A stretch of 24,000 bases of DNA from Buttiauxella brennerae ATCC 51605 (GCF_001654925.1 NZ_LXER01000032.1:68339-92338); one strand, 5' to 3'; positions 1-10,270 are shown, counted from the stretch's first letter. Program-made: numbers and translations. The notes: generated from the sequence alone by a model not told the origin.

Positions 1-724
1 CCGGCAGGCCGTGATACAGCGTCGGCTTGTCCGCATGATGCAGCACGTACATGACGTGAGTGCCGCCAACGCCTTCCGGGTCGTACAATCCGGCGTTGTC
101 GAAACCACGCGTTTTCAACTCAGCCACACGATCCCCCGCCAGCGTTTTCATATCCTCTTTCGAGCCGAAATGAATCGCCCCGGTTGGGCACGTTTTAACG
201 CAAGCAGGCTCCTGGCCGACGGTCACACGGTCTACACACAAGGTGCATTTGTAGACACGGTTGTCCTCCGGGTTCAGGCGCGGCACGTCGAACGGGCAAC
301 CGGCGATACAGTAACCGCAGCCGATGCACTGTTCGGACTGGAAATCGACAATGCCGTTGGCGTACTGAATGATCGCACCTTCAGCCGGGCAGGCTTTCAG
401 GCAGCCCGGATCCGCACAGTGCATACAGCCATCTTTGCGGATCAGCCATTCCAGCTTGTCGTTTTGCTCCACTTCCGAGAAACGCATCACCGTCCACGAT
501 TTCGCGGTCAGATCCGCCGGGTTGTCATACACCCCGACGTTGCTGCCGATCTCATCGCGCAGATCGTTCCACTCCGAACAAGCCACCTGGCAGGCTTTGC
601 AGCCGATGCAGGTGGTCACGTCGATAAGTTTCGCGACCTCTTGCTGGTGATCCCGCGCCTGAGGCGCGGGCGTGAGGCCGTTGGTGGCGGAACGGCGGAT
701 AATATCTTGAGATTGATAAGCCAT
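1..724 (-). CDS. fdoH: Formate dehydrogenase-O iron-sulfur (beta) subunit; N-terminal part only, as the gene runs off the left edge
   Basis: This open-ended minus-strand frame is missing from the ORF track. The ATG at 724-722 is preceded by GGAGAGG and lies 12 nt after the fdoG stop. My translation starts [25 protein letters not shown] and contains ferredoxin-type Cys clusters ([38 protein letters not shown]). It closely matches my recollection of E. coli FdoH. Confidence 0.9.
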   Translation of the reverse strand, partial: MAYQSQDIIRRSATNGLTPAPQARDHQQEVAKLIDVTTCIGCKACQVACSEWNDLRDEIGSNVGVYDNPADLTAKSWTVMRFSEVEQNDKLEWLIRKDGCMHCADPGCLKACPAEGAIIQYANGIVDFQSEQCIGCGYCIAGCPFDVPRLNPEDNRVYKCTLCVDRVTVGQEPACVKTCPTGAIHFGSKEDMKTLAGDRVAELKTRGFDNAGLYDPEGVGGTHVMYVLHHADKPTLYHGLP

Positions 725-736
725 AATTCCTCTCCG

Positions 737-3700
737 CTACACCTTTTCCACATTGACCAGGAACGCCTTAAATTCAGGCGTTTGCGTGTTGGCATCACCG
801 ACAAATGGCGTCAGGGTGTTAGCGATAAAGCCTTTCTTCGCCACGCCTTCATAACCCCAGTGAATCGGAATACCGATGGTGTCCACTTTCTGGCCGTTCA
901 CATCGAGCTGGCGTATACGCTTGGTCACCACCGCTTTGGCTTTAATAAAGCCACGGTTGGAGGAGACTTTCACCGTGTCGCCGTGAGCAATACCGAGTGA
1001 ATTTGCGAGCTTCTCGCCAATCTCGATAAACTGCTCTGGCTGCGCGATGGCGTTGAGTACCGCGTGTTTGGTCCAGTAGTGGAAGTGCTCGGTCAGACGA
1101 TACGTGGTGCCGACATACGGGAACTTGTCGTGTTTTCCCATCGCTTCCAGGTCACCTTTAAACACGCGCGCCGCCGGGTTAGAAACCACGTTCGGGTGCA
1201 GCGGGTTGGTGCCAAGCGGTGTTTCAAACGGCTCGTAATGTTCAGGGAACGGCCCTTCCGCCATCTTGTCGATAGCAAACAGACGCCCTAAACCTTCCGG
1301 CTGCATGATGAATGGCCCAACGTCGGTGCCCGGTGCAGCAGTGCTGTAGTCGGCAATATCCGCGCCGCTCCACTTCGCGCCATCCCAGGAAATCAGGCGG
1401 CGTTTTTCATCCCACGGTTTACCTGCGGGATCAGCAGAAGCACGGTTATACAGAATGCGGCGGTTAAGCGGCCACGCCCAGGCCCAGCCTAGTGTGTTCC
1501 CTAAACCTGATGGGTCCGCGTTATCGCGGCGTGCCATCTGGTTACCGTCTGGCGTCCAGGAACCAGCGAAAATCCAGCAGCCACTGGAAGTGGTGCCGTC
1601 GTCGCGAAGTTGTGCAAACGAGCTGAGTTGCTGGCCTTTTTTCACCAGCACCGCGCCGGTTGCCGGGTCGACCACGTCCTGCAACGCTTTACCGTTGCTT
1701 TCCATCGCCACTTCTTCCGGCGCCGGGTTATCAGGCGTCTGGTAATTCCAGCTCATGTTCAGCACTTGCTCAGGCACCGCACCGCCTTCGGCCTGGTACA
1801 TATGGCGCAGGCGGCTAAAGATACCCGCAAGGATTTCGCCGTCGTTCAGCGCTTCCCCTGGGGCGTCCGCACCTTTCCAGTGCCACTGCAACCAGCGGCC
1901 GGAGTTAACGATAGAACCGTTTTCTTCAGCAAAGCAGGTGGATGGCAGGCGGAACACTTCGGTCTGGATTTTCGACGGGTCGACATCGTTCATCTCGCCG
2001 TGGTTTTGCCAGAAGTTCGAGGTTTCAGTGTTCAGCGGGTCGATGGTCACGAGGAATTTCAACTTCGACAGTGACGCAATAACCTTGTTTTTATTCGGGA
2101 ACGAGGCGACAGGGTTAAAGCCCTGGCACAGATAACCGTTCACGTGGCCCTGGTTCATCATCTCGAAATATTGCAGGACGTCGTAGCCCTTGTCCCACTT
2201 CGGCAACCAGTCATAACCCCAGCTGTTTTCCGCTGTGGCTTTGTCACCAAAGAAGGCTTTCATCATCGAAACGAAGAATTTCGGGTAGTTGCCCCAATAG
2301 TTGACCTGGCCTTCCAGCAGCGGTTTCGGCGTGTTGGCGGCAAGATAAGTCTGGAGATCGGCTTGTTTCTCGTTCGGCAGCGTCATGTAGCCCGGCAGGC
2401 TTTGTGACAGCAGGCCGAGGTCCGTCAGACCCTGAATGTTGGAGTGACCGCGCAGGGCGTTCACGCCACCGCCTGCCATTCCCATGTTGCCGAGCAGCAA
2501 CTGAATCATCGCCATGGTGCGAATGTTCTGCGCGCCCACGGAGTGTTGCGTCCAGCCCAGCGCATACAAGAACGATGCGGTTTTATTTTTTGCGCTGGTT
2601 TCTGCGATGTATTCACAAACTTTCAGGAAATCATCTTTCGGGGTGCCGCAAATATTGGAAACCACATCTGGCGTGTAACGAGAAACGTGCTCTTTGAGCA
2701 GGTTCCATACGCAACGCGGGTGAGTCAGCGTCAGGTCGCGTTTGGCGAAACCTTTTTCGTCCAGCTCATAGTTCCAGGTGGTTTTGTCGTATTTACGGTT
2801 TGCCGCGTCGTAGCCCGAGAACAGGCCGTCTTCGAAGCTGTAATCCTCACGCACAATCAGATTGGCGTTGGTGTAAGCCTCAACGTATTCGCGGTTGAAT
2901 TTATTGTTGTTTATCAGGTACAGCAGCACGCCTGACAGGAAAGCAATGTCAGAACCGGAACGAATCGGGGTGTAGAAATCCGCCACCGATGCAGTTCGCG
3001 TAAAGCGCGGATCGATAACAATCAGCTTCGCGCCGTTGTGGATTTTGGCTTCCATCGCCCAGCGGAACCCGACTGGATGCGCTTCTGCCGCGTTTCCACC
3101 CATCACAATAATGAGATCGGCGTTCTTGATATCAACCCAGTGGTTGGTCATCGCACCGCGACCAAATGTTGGAGCAAGACTTGCTACCGTTGGTCCGTGT
3201 CAGACACGCGCCTGGTTATCCACGGCTAACATGCCGAGGGCGCGGGAAAATTTCTGGGTTAAATAGCCTGTTTCATTACTGGAAGCGGATGCACACAACA
3301 TGCCGGTGGAAAGCCAACGGTTGACCGTTGTTCCCTGGGCGTTCTGGGCAATAAAGTTCGCGTCGCGGTCAGCTTTCATCAGTTTGGCAATACGGTCAAA
3401 TGCCGTTTCCCAACTGATCTGCTCCCACTTATCCGAGCCTGGTGCGCGGTAAGACGGGAATTTGAGACGGCTTTCACTGTGGATGAAATCCACAAGTCCT
3501 GCACCTTTAGGGCAAAGTGCACCACGGTTAACCGGGTGATCCGGGTCGCCTTCGATATGGAAGATAGATGCTTTGGCATTTTTCGCGCCGTCGCCGAGGC
3601 TATACATCAATAGCCCACAACCAACGGAACAGTATGTGCAGGTATTACGCGTTTCACGGGTGCGCAGCAATTTATATTGCCGTGTTTCCGCTAGTGCCAC

Positions 3701-3787
3701 GCCTGGGGCAAAGCCCAATGCAGCTGCCGTAGTCCCTGCCATACCGCCAGCACAGATCTTAAAGAACTGTCTTCTGCTGACCTGCAT
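737..3787 (-). CDS. fdoG: Formate dehydrogenase-O catalytic (alpha) subunit, a molybdopterin selenoprotein; TGA at 3200-3202 is read as selenocysteine
   Basis: Track ORFs 737..3151 and 3200..3808 are in the same frame. They are joined by ...DNQARV-TGA-HGPTVASLAPTFGRGAMTNHWVD..., the conserved Sec context of FdoG/FdnG. The start is placed at the ATG at 3787-3785 (MQVSRRQFFK, a twin-arginine Tat signal), with AAGGAG 6 nt upstream. The TAG stop is at 737-739. Confidence 0.93.
3171..3188 (-). other. SECIS apical stem-loop directing Sec insertion at the fdoG UGA
   Basis: The minus-strand RNA starting 11 nt 3' of the UGA reads GGUAGCAAGUCUUGCUCC. This folds as GG / bulged U / AGCA stem / AGUCU loop / UGCU / CC. 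It has the same architecture as the E. coli fdhF SECIS (GGUUGCAGGUCUGCACC) as I recall it. Confidence 0.7.
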
Positions 3788-3959
3788 GGGTGCTCCTTGT
3801 TTCGACATTTTTCACATGACTTATAAGTGTAATTTTTGCGGTTTGACCGATGAAGGTTCACAATCAAACCCAAACTGGAAATACCCCCTAATCCAATAGG
3901 GGTAGTGTTTCCAGAATACCACATTAGAATTAAGGCTGTTCCAATCAGGTTAAGACAAA

Positions 3960-4784
3960 GTGAACAATTCCAACTCAAATCAGAACAAATTTGTGAACGC
4001 CGTCACTGGCGCACGGACAATAGCGCTATGGCAGCGCCAGGATTTAGATCGGGCAAAAGATGACTGGCTGGCAGAAGAAGTCCCGGTGGCTCTGGTCTAC
4101 AATGGCATTTCGCATGTGGTTATGATGGCATCGCCCAAAGATCTGGAACTATTTGCGTTAGGATTTTCTTTATCTGAAGGGATTATTGAGTCCCCGGCAG
4201 ACATTTACGGAATTGATGTTTCGCCAGTGTGTAACGGCCTGGAAGTGCAAATTGAGCTCTCAAGCCGCCGCTTTATGGGGCTGAAAGAACGCCGCCGTTC
4301 TCTTGCCGGGCGCACTGGCTGCGGCGTTTGTGGAGTTGAGCAACTCAACGATATTGGCCGCCCAATCTCTCCCCTGCCGTTTACGCAAACATTCGACCTG
4401 AACAACCTTGATGCAGCCTTAAACCAGATGCGTGACTACCAGCCAGTCGGGCAACTCACCGGCTGCACGCATGCCGCACTCTGGCTTAATGAAAACGGCA
4501 CTATTCTGGATGGCAAAGAAGACATTGGCCGCCACGTAGCGCTGGATAAACTGCTCGGCGCCCGTGGGCGTGAGGGTTGGCAAAACGGTGCAGTTTTAGT
4601 CTCAAGCCGCGCCAGCTATGAGATGGTGCAAAAATCTGCTCAGTGCGGCGTCGAAATTCTGTTTGCTGTATCTGCCGCCACCACGCTTGCCGTTGAAGTG
4701 GCAAGCCGTTGCAATCTGACGCTAATCGGTTTTAGCAAACCAGGCCGTGCGACGGTATATACCCATCCGCAGCGGTTGTGTTAA
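3960..4784 (+). CDS. fdhD: Formate dehydrogenase accessory sulfurtransferase FdhD
   Basis: 274 aa with a GTG start, divergent from fdoG as in E. coli. Long identical stretches to E. coli FdhD as recalled include [42 protein letters not shown] and [33 protein letters not shown]. Confidence 0.9.
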   Translation: MNNSNSNQNKFVNAVTGARTIALWQRQDLDRAKDDWLAEEVPVALVYNGISHVVMMASPKDLELFALGFSLSEGIIESPADIYGIDVSPVCNGLEVQIELSSRRFMGLKERRRSLAGRTGCGVCGVEQLNDIGRPISPLPFTQTFDLNNLDAALNQMRDYQPVGQLTGCTHAALWLNENGTILDGKEDIGRHVALDKLLGARGREGWQNGAVLVSSRASYEMVQKSAQCGVEILFAVSAATTLAVEVASRCNLTLIGFSKPGRATVYTHPQRLC

Positions 4785-4791
4785 CCAGTTG

Positions 4792-4805
4792 TACATTCCG
4801 TTACG
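4792..4805 (+). promoter_or_regulatory. Possible RstA-box upstream of asr
   Basis: TACATTCCGTTACG matches 12 of the 14 positions of the RstA box TACATNTNGTTACA as I recall it from E. coli asr/csgD promoter work. It lies ~100 nt upstream of the asr ATG. Confidence 0.3.
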
Positions 4806-4903
4806 TACCGACACCAATCACTCACTGAAGGTATTTGTTTATTGGAATAAAGTTATTTCAACGGGCCAGCAGGCCACACATAAACAAATACGAGACTATC
4901 AAA

Positions 4904-5272
4904 ATGAAAAAAGTATTAACTCTGATTGCTGTTGCTGTAATGGGTCTGTCCTCTGCTGCTTTCGCTGCTGAAGCGACTGCTACACCGGCTCCTGCAAAAC
5001 ACACCACTACTGTGCACCACAAGAAACACCAGAAAGCAGCACCGGTAGCTCAGAAAGCGCAAGCGGCTAAAAAGCACCACAAAAAAGCCACTACCACTGC
5101 AACTCCAGCAGCACCGCAGAAAGCCCAGGCTGCTAAAAAGCACCACAAAAAAGCAGAGACCACTGCAACTCCAGTAGCGCCACAGAAAGCTCAGGCTGCT
5201 AAAAAGCACCACAAAAAAGCAGCTGCACCAGTAGCGCCAGCAGCAAAACCAGCGGTTAAACCAGCTGCATAA
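4904..5272 (+). CDS. asr: Acid shock protein Asr-like periplasmic His/Lys/Ala-rich repeat protein (122 aa)
   Basis: The internal ATG at 4904 gives [23 protein letters not shown]..., a Sec signal peptide with an AFA-A cleavage site. This is followed by [12 protein letters not shown] repeats. The N-terminus and repeats closely resemble E. coli Asr as recalled ([23 protein letters not shown]...[11 protein letters not shown]). Confidence 0.75.
   Translation: MKKVLTLIAVAVMGLSSAAFAAEATATPAPAKHTTTVHHKKHQKAAPVAQKAQAAKKHHKKATTTATPAAPQKAQAAKKHHKKAETTATPVAPQKAQAAKKHHKKAAAPVAPAAKPAVKPAA
5015..5225 (+). repeat. In-frame coding tandem repeat inside asr, with a 66-bp (22-aa) unit
   Basis: CACCACAAAAAAGC restarts at 5075, 5141 and 5207, exactly 66 bp apart. 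A diverged 60-bp copy starts at 5015. The peptide units are [22 protein letters not shown] and [22 protein letters not shown]. Confidence 0.9.
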
Positions 5273-5300
5273 GTTGCAATGAAATCCCTCTTAATTAGAA

Positions 5301-5327
5301 ACACCCGGCTTGCCGGGTGTTTTTTTA
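5301..5327 (+). terminator. Rho-independent terminator of asr
   Basis: ACACCCGG-CTTG-CCGGGTGT is an 8-bp GC-rich stem, followed by TTTTTTT. Confidence 0.85.
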
Positions 5328-5425
5328 TCAAATCGGAAACGCTGGTAAAGCGCTATCGGTTTGAAATTATCCTTACACTTGTCATTCTTTACGGCATGGT
5401 GGCTGTCAGCCTTTTTCTTTAATTC

Positions 5426-7138
5426 TTACGCCAGCAAAGCCATAAACTCGTCATAACTTTTCAGCCCGCTAATCGTCTGCGGCTCACAACCATTCAGCGC
5501 GTTTGCCAGATAGCTAAATATTTTCAACTCCTGCCGTGATGCACTACTGGTGCATGCCAACAGCAGGTGCCACACCATTTGGTTATTCACCATAACTGGC
5601 TGCGCCAGGCGAATAAAATACCCGCGAAATTTTTCACTCGACTCGCTCCAGCAATGGGGAATGGCGATGTGGTTGACCACCAGATTTTGCCCTTCGGATT
5701 CGCGCTGATAAACACGCTGCGCGTCGCCCTGGTGCAATAACTTCTCATTCACCAACCGCGCACAAATTTGCTCGATGACGTCGAGCCAGTTTTCATCAGA
5801 CCGATTGGCGTATAAAAAACTCAATTCTTCAGGAATAAATAGCGGCAGCTTCTGCTTGATCAGCGCATATTCCAGCTTCTCTTTCAGTAGGTTAATTCCC
5901 GCCTGGCCGATGATATTTTTGATGGTAATGGTTTCTATCGGAAAATCATTCAGTGCAAAGTGACTATTGTTGATAACTAAAACCGGGGTGATTTCTTCAC
6001 TCAACGCCCGCAGCCGATCGGGCGTCCGGGCGATAACCACCCGGCAGTTCAACAGTTCGCGCTCAATCGCCATTTGGTTGATGGTGGCAATGGCATTTTG
6101 CGCAGCAAGCAAAACAATGGTGTGCTTTTCGCCCTGGTTGCGCTCCAGCGCACAGGCGAAATACAGGCCCACCAGATCGCTGTCGTAAATCTCGATATTG
6201 AGCCGCTGCCTTATCTGGTTTATCAGCCCGATACTGAGATCAAAAGCCACAGGCCATGCCGCTTTCAGGTTATTCATCGAACCCTGTCGGCTTTCCTGCA
6301 GCCACACCGGGCAAGCAGCACAACGCGCGATATGTGCGGTTAAATCGACAATCAACTGTTGGTCATACTCCTCAAGCCCATGCGCCTGCCAAAGTTGGCC
6401 GACCAGTTCGTTGATTGCCGGTTCGTTGATGCTTAATGCCCTTTCGCGCAGCAGGTTTGTCAGCGCATCGGCTTCACGTAATGAAGGTTCGGAAAGGTAC
6501 ATCCCTGCGGCGTCGTAAACGGCACGAAAAGTATCGGCATTGCCGTTTTCGGGTTCAGCGCCCTGATTGCGTAACGTATAAACCGCTACCAGCAGCGACG
6601 CCATAAATTCTGGGTTATCACTTTTACCAGTCAATTGTTGTTGAAGCGCAAAAAACTCAGTCTCAGCGCCAGCAATCTGCGGATCTTTTTTAACAAGATT
6701 CGCCAGAATGATCAGTTTCTTACGGCGCGGTTCATCGACAAAATGCCCGGAATTCGGTTTGCTGGTAATTGTGAACCAACGTTCATAGCGCAGCTTGAGA
6801 CGGGTCAGTTTATCGTTAACGATTTTCTCAGGCAGGTTGAGCGTTTCCGCCAGCTGCAAGCGGGTGACGAACGGGTTGGTAAGCAGCAGGAAAAGCATAC
6901 GATCATCATTATCATGGCGCTGTAACTGCATGAAATAACTGCGTCTGTCGAAGATATCTAACTGATAACCGTTCGGCGTGGTGATAATGTGTGCGGTGCC
7001 GCTGAGGGTGAAATTAAGATAATCAATGTCACGCAAAACGGTGCGGCTCGACACATTTAACCCACGCGATAACGCCACCATTGTGAGGGACTGGTTTTCC
7101 AGTTTTTCCAGCAGAGATAACTGACGTTCGTTGAGCAT
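5426..7138 (-). CDS. frvR: FrvR-like transcriptional regulator with an N-terminal HTH and a C-terminal PTS EIIA-type domain
   Basis: 570 aa. The N-terminus MLNERQLSLLEKLENQSLTMVALSRGLNVSSRTVLRDIDYL is a DeoR/HTH_11-like helix-turn-helix. The C-terminus carries an EIIA-2-like HIAIPHC His motif. It is the last gene of an frvA-B-X-R arrangement next to fdhD, as in E. coli. Confidence 0.75.
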   Translation of the reverse strand: MLNERQLSLLEKLENQSLTMVALSRGLNVSSRTVLRDIDYLNFTLSGTAHIITTPNGYQLDIFDRRSYFMQLQRHDNDDRMLFLLLTNPFVTRLQLAETLNLPEKIVNDKLTRLKLRYERWFTITSKPNSGHFVDEPRRKKLIILANLVKKDPQIAGAETEFFALQQQLTGKSDNPEFMASLLVAVYTLRNQGAEPENGNADTFRAVYDAAGMYLSEPSLREADALTNLLRERALSINEPAINELVGQLWQAHGLEEYDQQLIVDLTAHIARCAACPVWLQESRQGSMNNLKAAWPVAFDLSIGLINQIRQRLNIEIYDSDLVGLYFACALERNQGEKHTIVLLAAQNAIATINQMAIERELLNCRVVIARTPDRLRALSEEITPVLVINNSHFALNDFPIETITIKNIIGQAGINLLKEKLEYALIKQKLPLFIPEELSFLYANRSDENWLDVIEQICARLVNEKLLHQGDAQRVYQRESEGQNLVVNHIAIPHCWSESSEKFRGYFIRLAQPVMVNNQMVWHLLLACTSSASRQELKIFSYLANALNGCEPQTISGLKSYDEFMALLA

Positions 7139-7214
7139 TTCCGATGCACCGAGCCGAAGAAGAGAAGGTCGACGCTAACGCCAACCCTCCCTCTAAGGCA
7201 ATCTTAAATTGTCT

Positions 7215-8276
7215 TTAAATATAATTATTTAGCTCATGAATGAATTCAGAATTTATATTCTCCAGAAGATGTTTGATCACCCCAAATGCAGCTTCATAAT
7301 CGCGCGCTGAAATCATTGAGCTGTTGGCATGGAGATAGCGCGTTGGCAGGCACAGCGACATCACCGGCCGCCCGCCGCCCATGACGTTAAAACGCCCGCC
7401 GTCGGTGGCTCCGGTTTTCATGGTGCAGAACTGAACGGGCGCGTTGGCAGCTTTGCTGCTTTCCTTGAGTGCCGCGACCAGTTTTTGGTTGGGGAAATAG
7501 CGTTTATCAAACAGCATCACAGCCGGGCCGCACCCGAGTTTAAGCGGAAACTTAATCGGATCGATGCCGGGAATATCTCCGGCCACGGCGGTATCGAGCA
7601 CAATCACCACATCTGGCTTCACACACTCTGCGGCAGTCTGTGCACCACGTAGGCCCACTTCTTCTTCTACGGTCGCAATGCCATAAAGTGTGATATCCGG
7701 GTTATTCACCGCCTGAAACAGTTCAGCCATTAACGCGCAGCCCGCCCGGTTATCCAGCGCTTTAGCGGTAATTTTATCGTCACCCCAGCGGGCAAAATTC
7801 GCTTCCGGGTTAATAAAATCACCCACCTCAATACCACGTTCCGCAACCTCTTCCCGGCTGCAGGCGCCGATATCAATAAACATTTCGTCGTGGGCCATCG
7901 GCTGCTGTTTTTGTTTTTCACTCAGCGCGTGCGGCGCAACAGAACCAATCAGGCCGGGGATTTTTTCGCCGCTGCGGGTGCGCACCGTCACGCGGTGGTT
8001 CAGCATCGACTGGTTCCACCACGAGCCGATGGTGTCGAACCAGATAAAACCCTGCTCGCTAATGTGCTTCACCATAAAGCCCACTTCATCCATATGGCCG
8101 ACTATCGCGACTTTCGGCCCGCGGTTGCCTTTGCGGGCGACAAAACTGCCCAGCCCGTCAAAGGTGATTTCGTCTGCGCAGCTGCGCAGCTCACGCGCCA
8201 GTACCTGGCGAACTTCTTGTTCATCGCCACTCACGGCGCTGGCATCGGAAAGGTTTTTCAGCAGATCAATGTTCAT
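7215..8276 (-). CDS. frvX: M42-family metallo-aminopeptidase/endoglucanase-like protein FrvX
   Basis: The start is placed at the ATG at 8276-8274 (MNIDLLKNLSDASAVSGDEQEV), because the track start at 8300 is a TTG. It has the VGHMDEVGFMV motif typical of M42 peptidases. It overlaps the frvB stop by 11 nt. Confidence 0.75.
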   Translation of the reverse strand: MNIDLLKNLSDASAVSGDEQEVRQVLARELRSCADEITFDGLGSFVARKGNRGPKVAIVGHMDEVGFMVKHISEQGFIWFDTIGSWWNQSMLNHRVTVRTRSGEKIPGLIGSVAPHALSEKQKQQPMAHDEMFIDIGACSREEVAERGIEVGDFINPEANFARWGDDKITAKALDNRAGCALMAELFQAVNNPDITLYGIATVEEEVGLRGAQTAAECVKPDVVIVLDTAVAGDIPGIDPIKFPLKLGCGPAVMLFDKRYFPNQKLVAALKESSKAANAPVQFCTMKTGATDGGRFNVMGGGRPVMSLCLPTRYLHANSSMISARDYEAAFGVIKHLLENINSEFIHELNNYI

Positions 8277-9723
8277 GGGCAACGTCCTGTTTTGCAGCAA
8301 GTTTGCGGGCGGAGTGCTTCAGCCACGCCCCTTTAAGCACGATGATGAGCGTAATGTTCAATGCGAGTCCTGCGGCAAGCACCGCATAAAACGGAATAGC
8401 CGGCGACATCAGGCCAATCAGCGGGTCGAATACGCCAAGGCCTGGTGCCAGGCGTTGAATGCCAAAAGCGATAACCAGCATGCCAGTGATGCCGCCGCTC
8501 AAAGTATTCGCGGTGATCATCGGCAAAGGCGCGGCCAACGCATATGGGATTGCAGGCTCTGTGGCGACGGTTGCGCCCACCACAATCGCGCTGCCTGCGG
8601 CGTCTTTTTCCTGTTGGGTAAATAATTTTGGCGCAATAAACGTGGCGATACCGGCGGCCATCGGTGGCATTAGCGCGACGACACCGACAATCGCGTACCA
8701 GTCATAAATGTGTTTTTCGAGCAGCGAGAAGCAGAAGAACCATGCGGTTTTATTGATTGGGCCGCCCATATCAAACGCCAGCATCGCACCGACAAGGAAT
8801 GCCGCAACCAATTTCATCGACGGCGGAATGGTATTCAGGAAGTGCAGCAGGCCATCCATGATGCTCGCCATAAATGGCCCAACCACGTAGTACGTCAGCA
8901 CACCGAAAACCAGCAGCGTAACAAACGGGATCAGCATCGAACCAAGCAACGGCTGCAGCGCTTTACCCAGTTTCACTTTGCGGAAGTAACGCACGAAGTA
9001 GCCAATCGCTAGCCCCAGTACCACCGCGCCGAGGAAACCCGCGCCAGACTGCGTGCCGAGCAATCCCTTGTCATTCGCCAGATAGCAAACCAGAAACGCC
9101 GGGGCAAATGCGGGTTTATCGCTTATCGACCACGCAATGTACGCGCCCATAATCGGAATCATAAATTTGAAACCGAGATAGCCGATAGATTCGATCACCC
9201 AGCTAAACGACGGCGCGCCTTTGCTCATGTCCTGATACGGCAGACCAAATTGCACCAGCATATTGGCGAGTGCCACCAGAATACCGCCACCTATCACGAA
9301 CGGCAGCGCAGCAGAAACACCCGCCATCAGCTGGCTCATCACGCTGCCCTGCTTCACTTCCTGATTGCCCAGTTTTACGCCGCTATCAGCCGCAAAAAGT
9401 TTTGAATGTGTAGGCAACTGCTCGAATATCTGGTTAATGTTTTTCAGCGCTTGTGAAATCGCCAGCTCATAGACTTTTTTCCCGGCGAAACGGGCGCGAT
9501 CCTCTTCATTCAACCCGCGCCCAATGGCGAGAATAACGTAGTCTGCCGCGGTGATTTCATCATCCAGCAGACGGTTTTCAACACCGCTGGAACCCTGGGT
9601 TTCGACTTTAATGCTGTGTCCAAGCGCACGGGCTTTTTGCTCCAGCGCTTCCGCCACCATGTATGTGTGGGCGATGCCTGCTGGGCAGTTGGTGATCGCG
9701 ACAATTTTCAGAGAGGCTTCCAT
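8266..9723 (-). CDS. frvB: PTS fructose-like EIIBC component FrvB
   Basis: The start is placed at the ATG at 9723-9721 (MEASLKIVAITNCPAGIAHTYMVAEALE, with the EIIB-Fru Cys motif), preceded by GAGGA. A long polytopic EIIC domain follows. Confidence 0.8.
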   Translation of the reverse strand: MEASLKIVAITNCPAGIAHTYMVAEALEQKARALGHSIKVETQGSSGVENRLLDDEITAADYVILAIGRGLNEEDRARFAGKKVYELAISQALKNINQIFEQLPTHSKLFAADSGVKLGNQEVKQGSVMSQLMAGVSAALPFVIGGGILVALANMLVQFGLPYQDMSKGAPSFSWVIESIGYLGFKFMIPIMGAYIAWSISDKPAFAPAFLVCYLANDKGLLGTQSGAGFLGAVVLGLAIGYFVRYFRKVKLGKALQPLLGSMLIPFVTLLVFGVLTYYVVGPFMASIMDGLLHFLNTIPPSMKLVAAFLVGAMLAFDMGGPINKTAWFFCFSLLEKHIYDWYAIVGVVALMPPMAAGIATFIAPKLFTQQEKDAAGSAIVVGATVATEPAIPYALAAPLPMITANTLSGGITGMLVIAFGIQRLAPGLGVFDPLIGLMSPAIPFYAVLAAGLALNITLIIVLKGAWLKHSARKLAAKQDVAHEH

Positions 9724-9733
9724 CGCATAGTCC

Positions 9734-10177
9734 TCAGGAAAGAGTTTGATTAAGCAGCGCGGATACGTCCTGTGCACTGCCAGTCTTAAGCTGCTGGATA
9801 AAATCCTGATGGATAATTTTGCGGCACAGCATGGAGATAACGTTCACCTGCTCATCGCCGCCAATCTCGGGAATACCTATGCAAATCCAGCAGTTAACGC
9901 CTTCTTCATCCATCGCTTTCCAGTCGATGTCCGTCGAACTTCTGGCAAACAGAACGAATGGCTTTGCCACTGCCGGGCTTTTACCGTGCGGCACAGCCAC
10001 ACCGGAACCAAAGCCGGTGGAATGGTTCTGCTCGCGCAGCAACAGGGTTTGCAAAAAGGTTTGTTTATCGGTGACATAACCAAGGTCAGCCGCCATGGTT
10101 GCCAAGTTTTTCAGCACCGAATACGCGCTGTTTCCACCGATATTCAGGTTGATGGCTGCGGGATTAAGAAAGGACAT
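9734..10177 (-). CDS. frvA: PTS fructose-like EIIA component FrvA
   Basis: The start is placed at the ATG at 10177-10175 (MSFLNPAAINLNIGG...), preceded by GGAGCG. It has the EIIA-2 phospho-His motif GVAVPHGK. Its stop lies 10 nt before the frvB start. Confidence 0.8.
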   Translation of the reverse strand: MSFLNPAAINLNIGGNSAYSVLKNLATMAADLGYVTDKQTFLQTLLLREQNHSTGFGSGVAVPHGKSPAVAKPFVLFARSSTDIDWKAMDEEGVNCWICIGIPEIGGDEQVNVISMLCRKIIHQDFIQQLKTGSAQDVSALLNQTLS

Positions 10178-10239
10178 GAAATCGCTCCGTCGAAGATTCA
10201 GAGCGTTATTGTAGAAAGTTAAGGCGCTGCAAATAACGA

Positions 10240-10270
10240 CGGATATGTCACTGCTGCTGTGACATATCCG
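10240..10270 (-). terminator. 12-bp perfect hairpin downstream of the acetyltransferase gene; a probable terminator that may double as an frv-upstream element
   Basis: The sequence is CGGATATGTCAC-TGCTGCT-GTGACATATCCG. On the minus strand it is followed by the T-rich TCGTTATTTGC. It lies 49 nt after the stop at 10319 and 63 nt upstream of the frvA ATG. Confidence 0.5.

Noticed and set aside
11-3266. Long plus-strand ORFs (11..1000 at 329 aa, 1610..2074, 1755..2135, 2444..2935 and others) opposite fdoH and fdoG.
   Set aside because: These are antisense shadow ORFs of G+C-rich, well-supported minus-strand genes. Their sequences are low-complexity and Arg/His/Val-rich, and they have no SD or recognisable motifs.
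737-3808. fdoG appears as two ORFs (737..3151 and 3200..3808) separated by a stop codon, which could indicate a pseudogene or frameshift.
   Set aside because: Both ORFs are in the same frame and separated by a single TGA. This sits at the conserved selenocysteine position, with a SECIS-like hairpin downstream, so the gene is an intact selenoprotein gene.
5015-5225. A regularly spaced 66-bp direct repeat, briefly considered as a CRISPR-like or minisatellite array.
   Set aside because: The repeats are contiguous with no spacers, in frame, and encode the Asr HHKK...QKAQAAKK peptide repeat. It is a coding tandem repeat.
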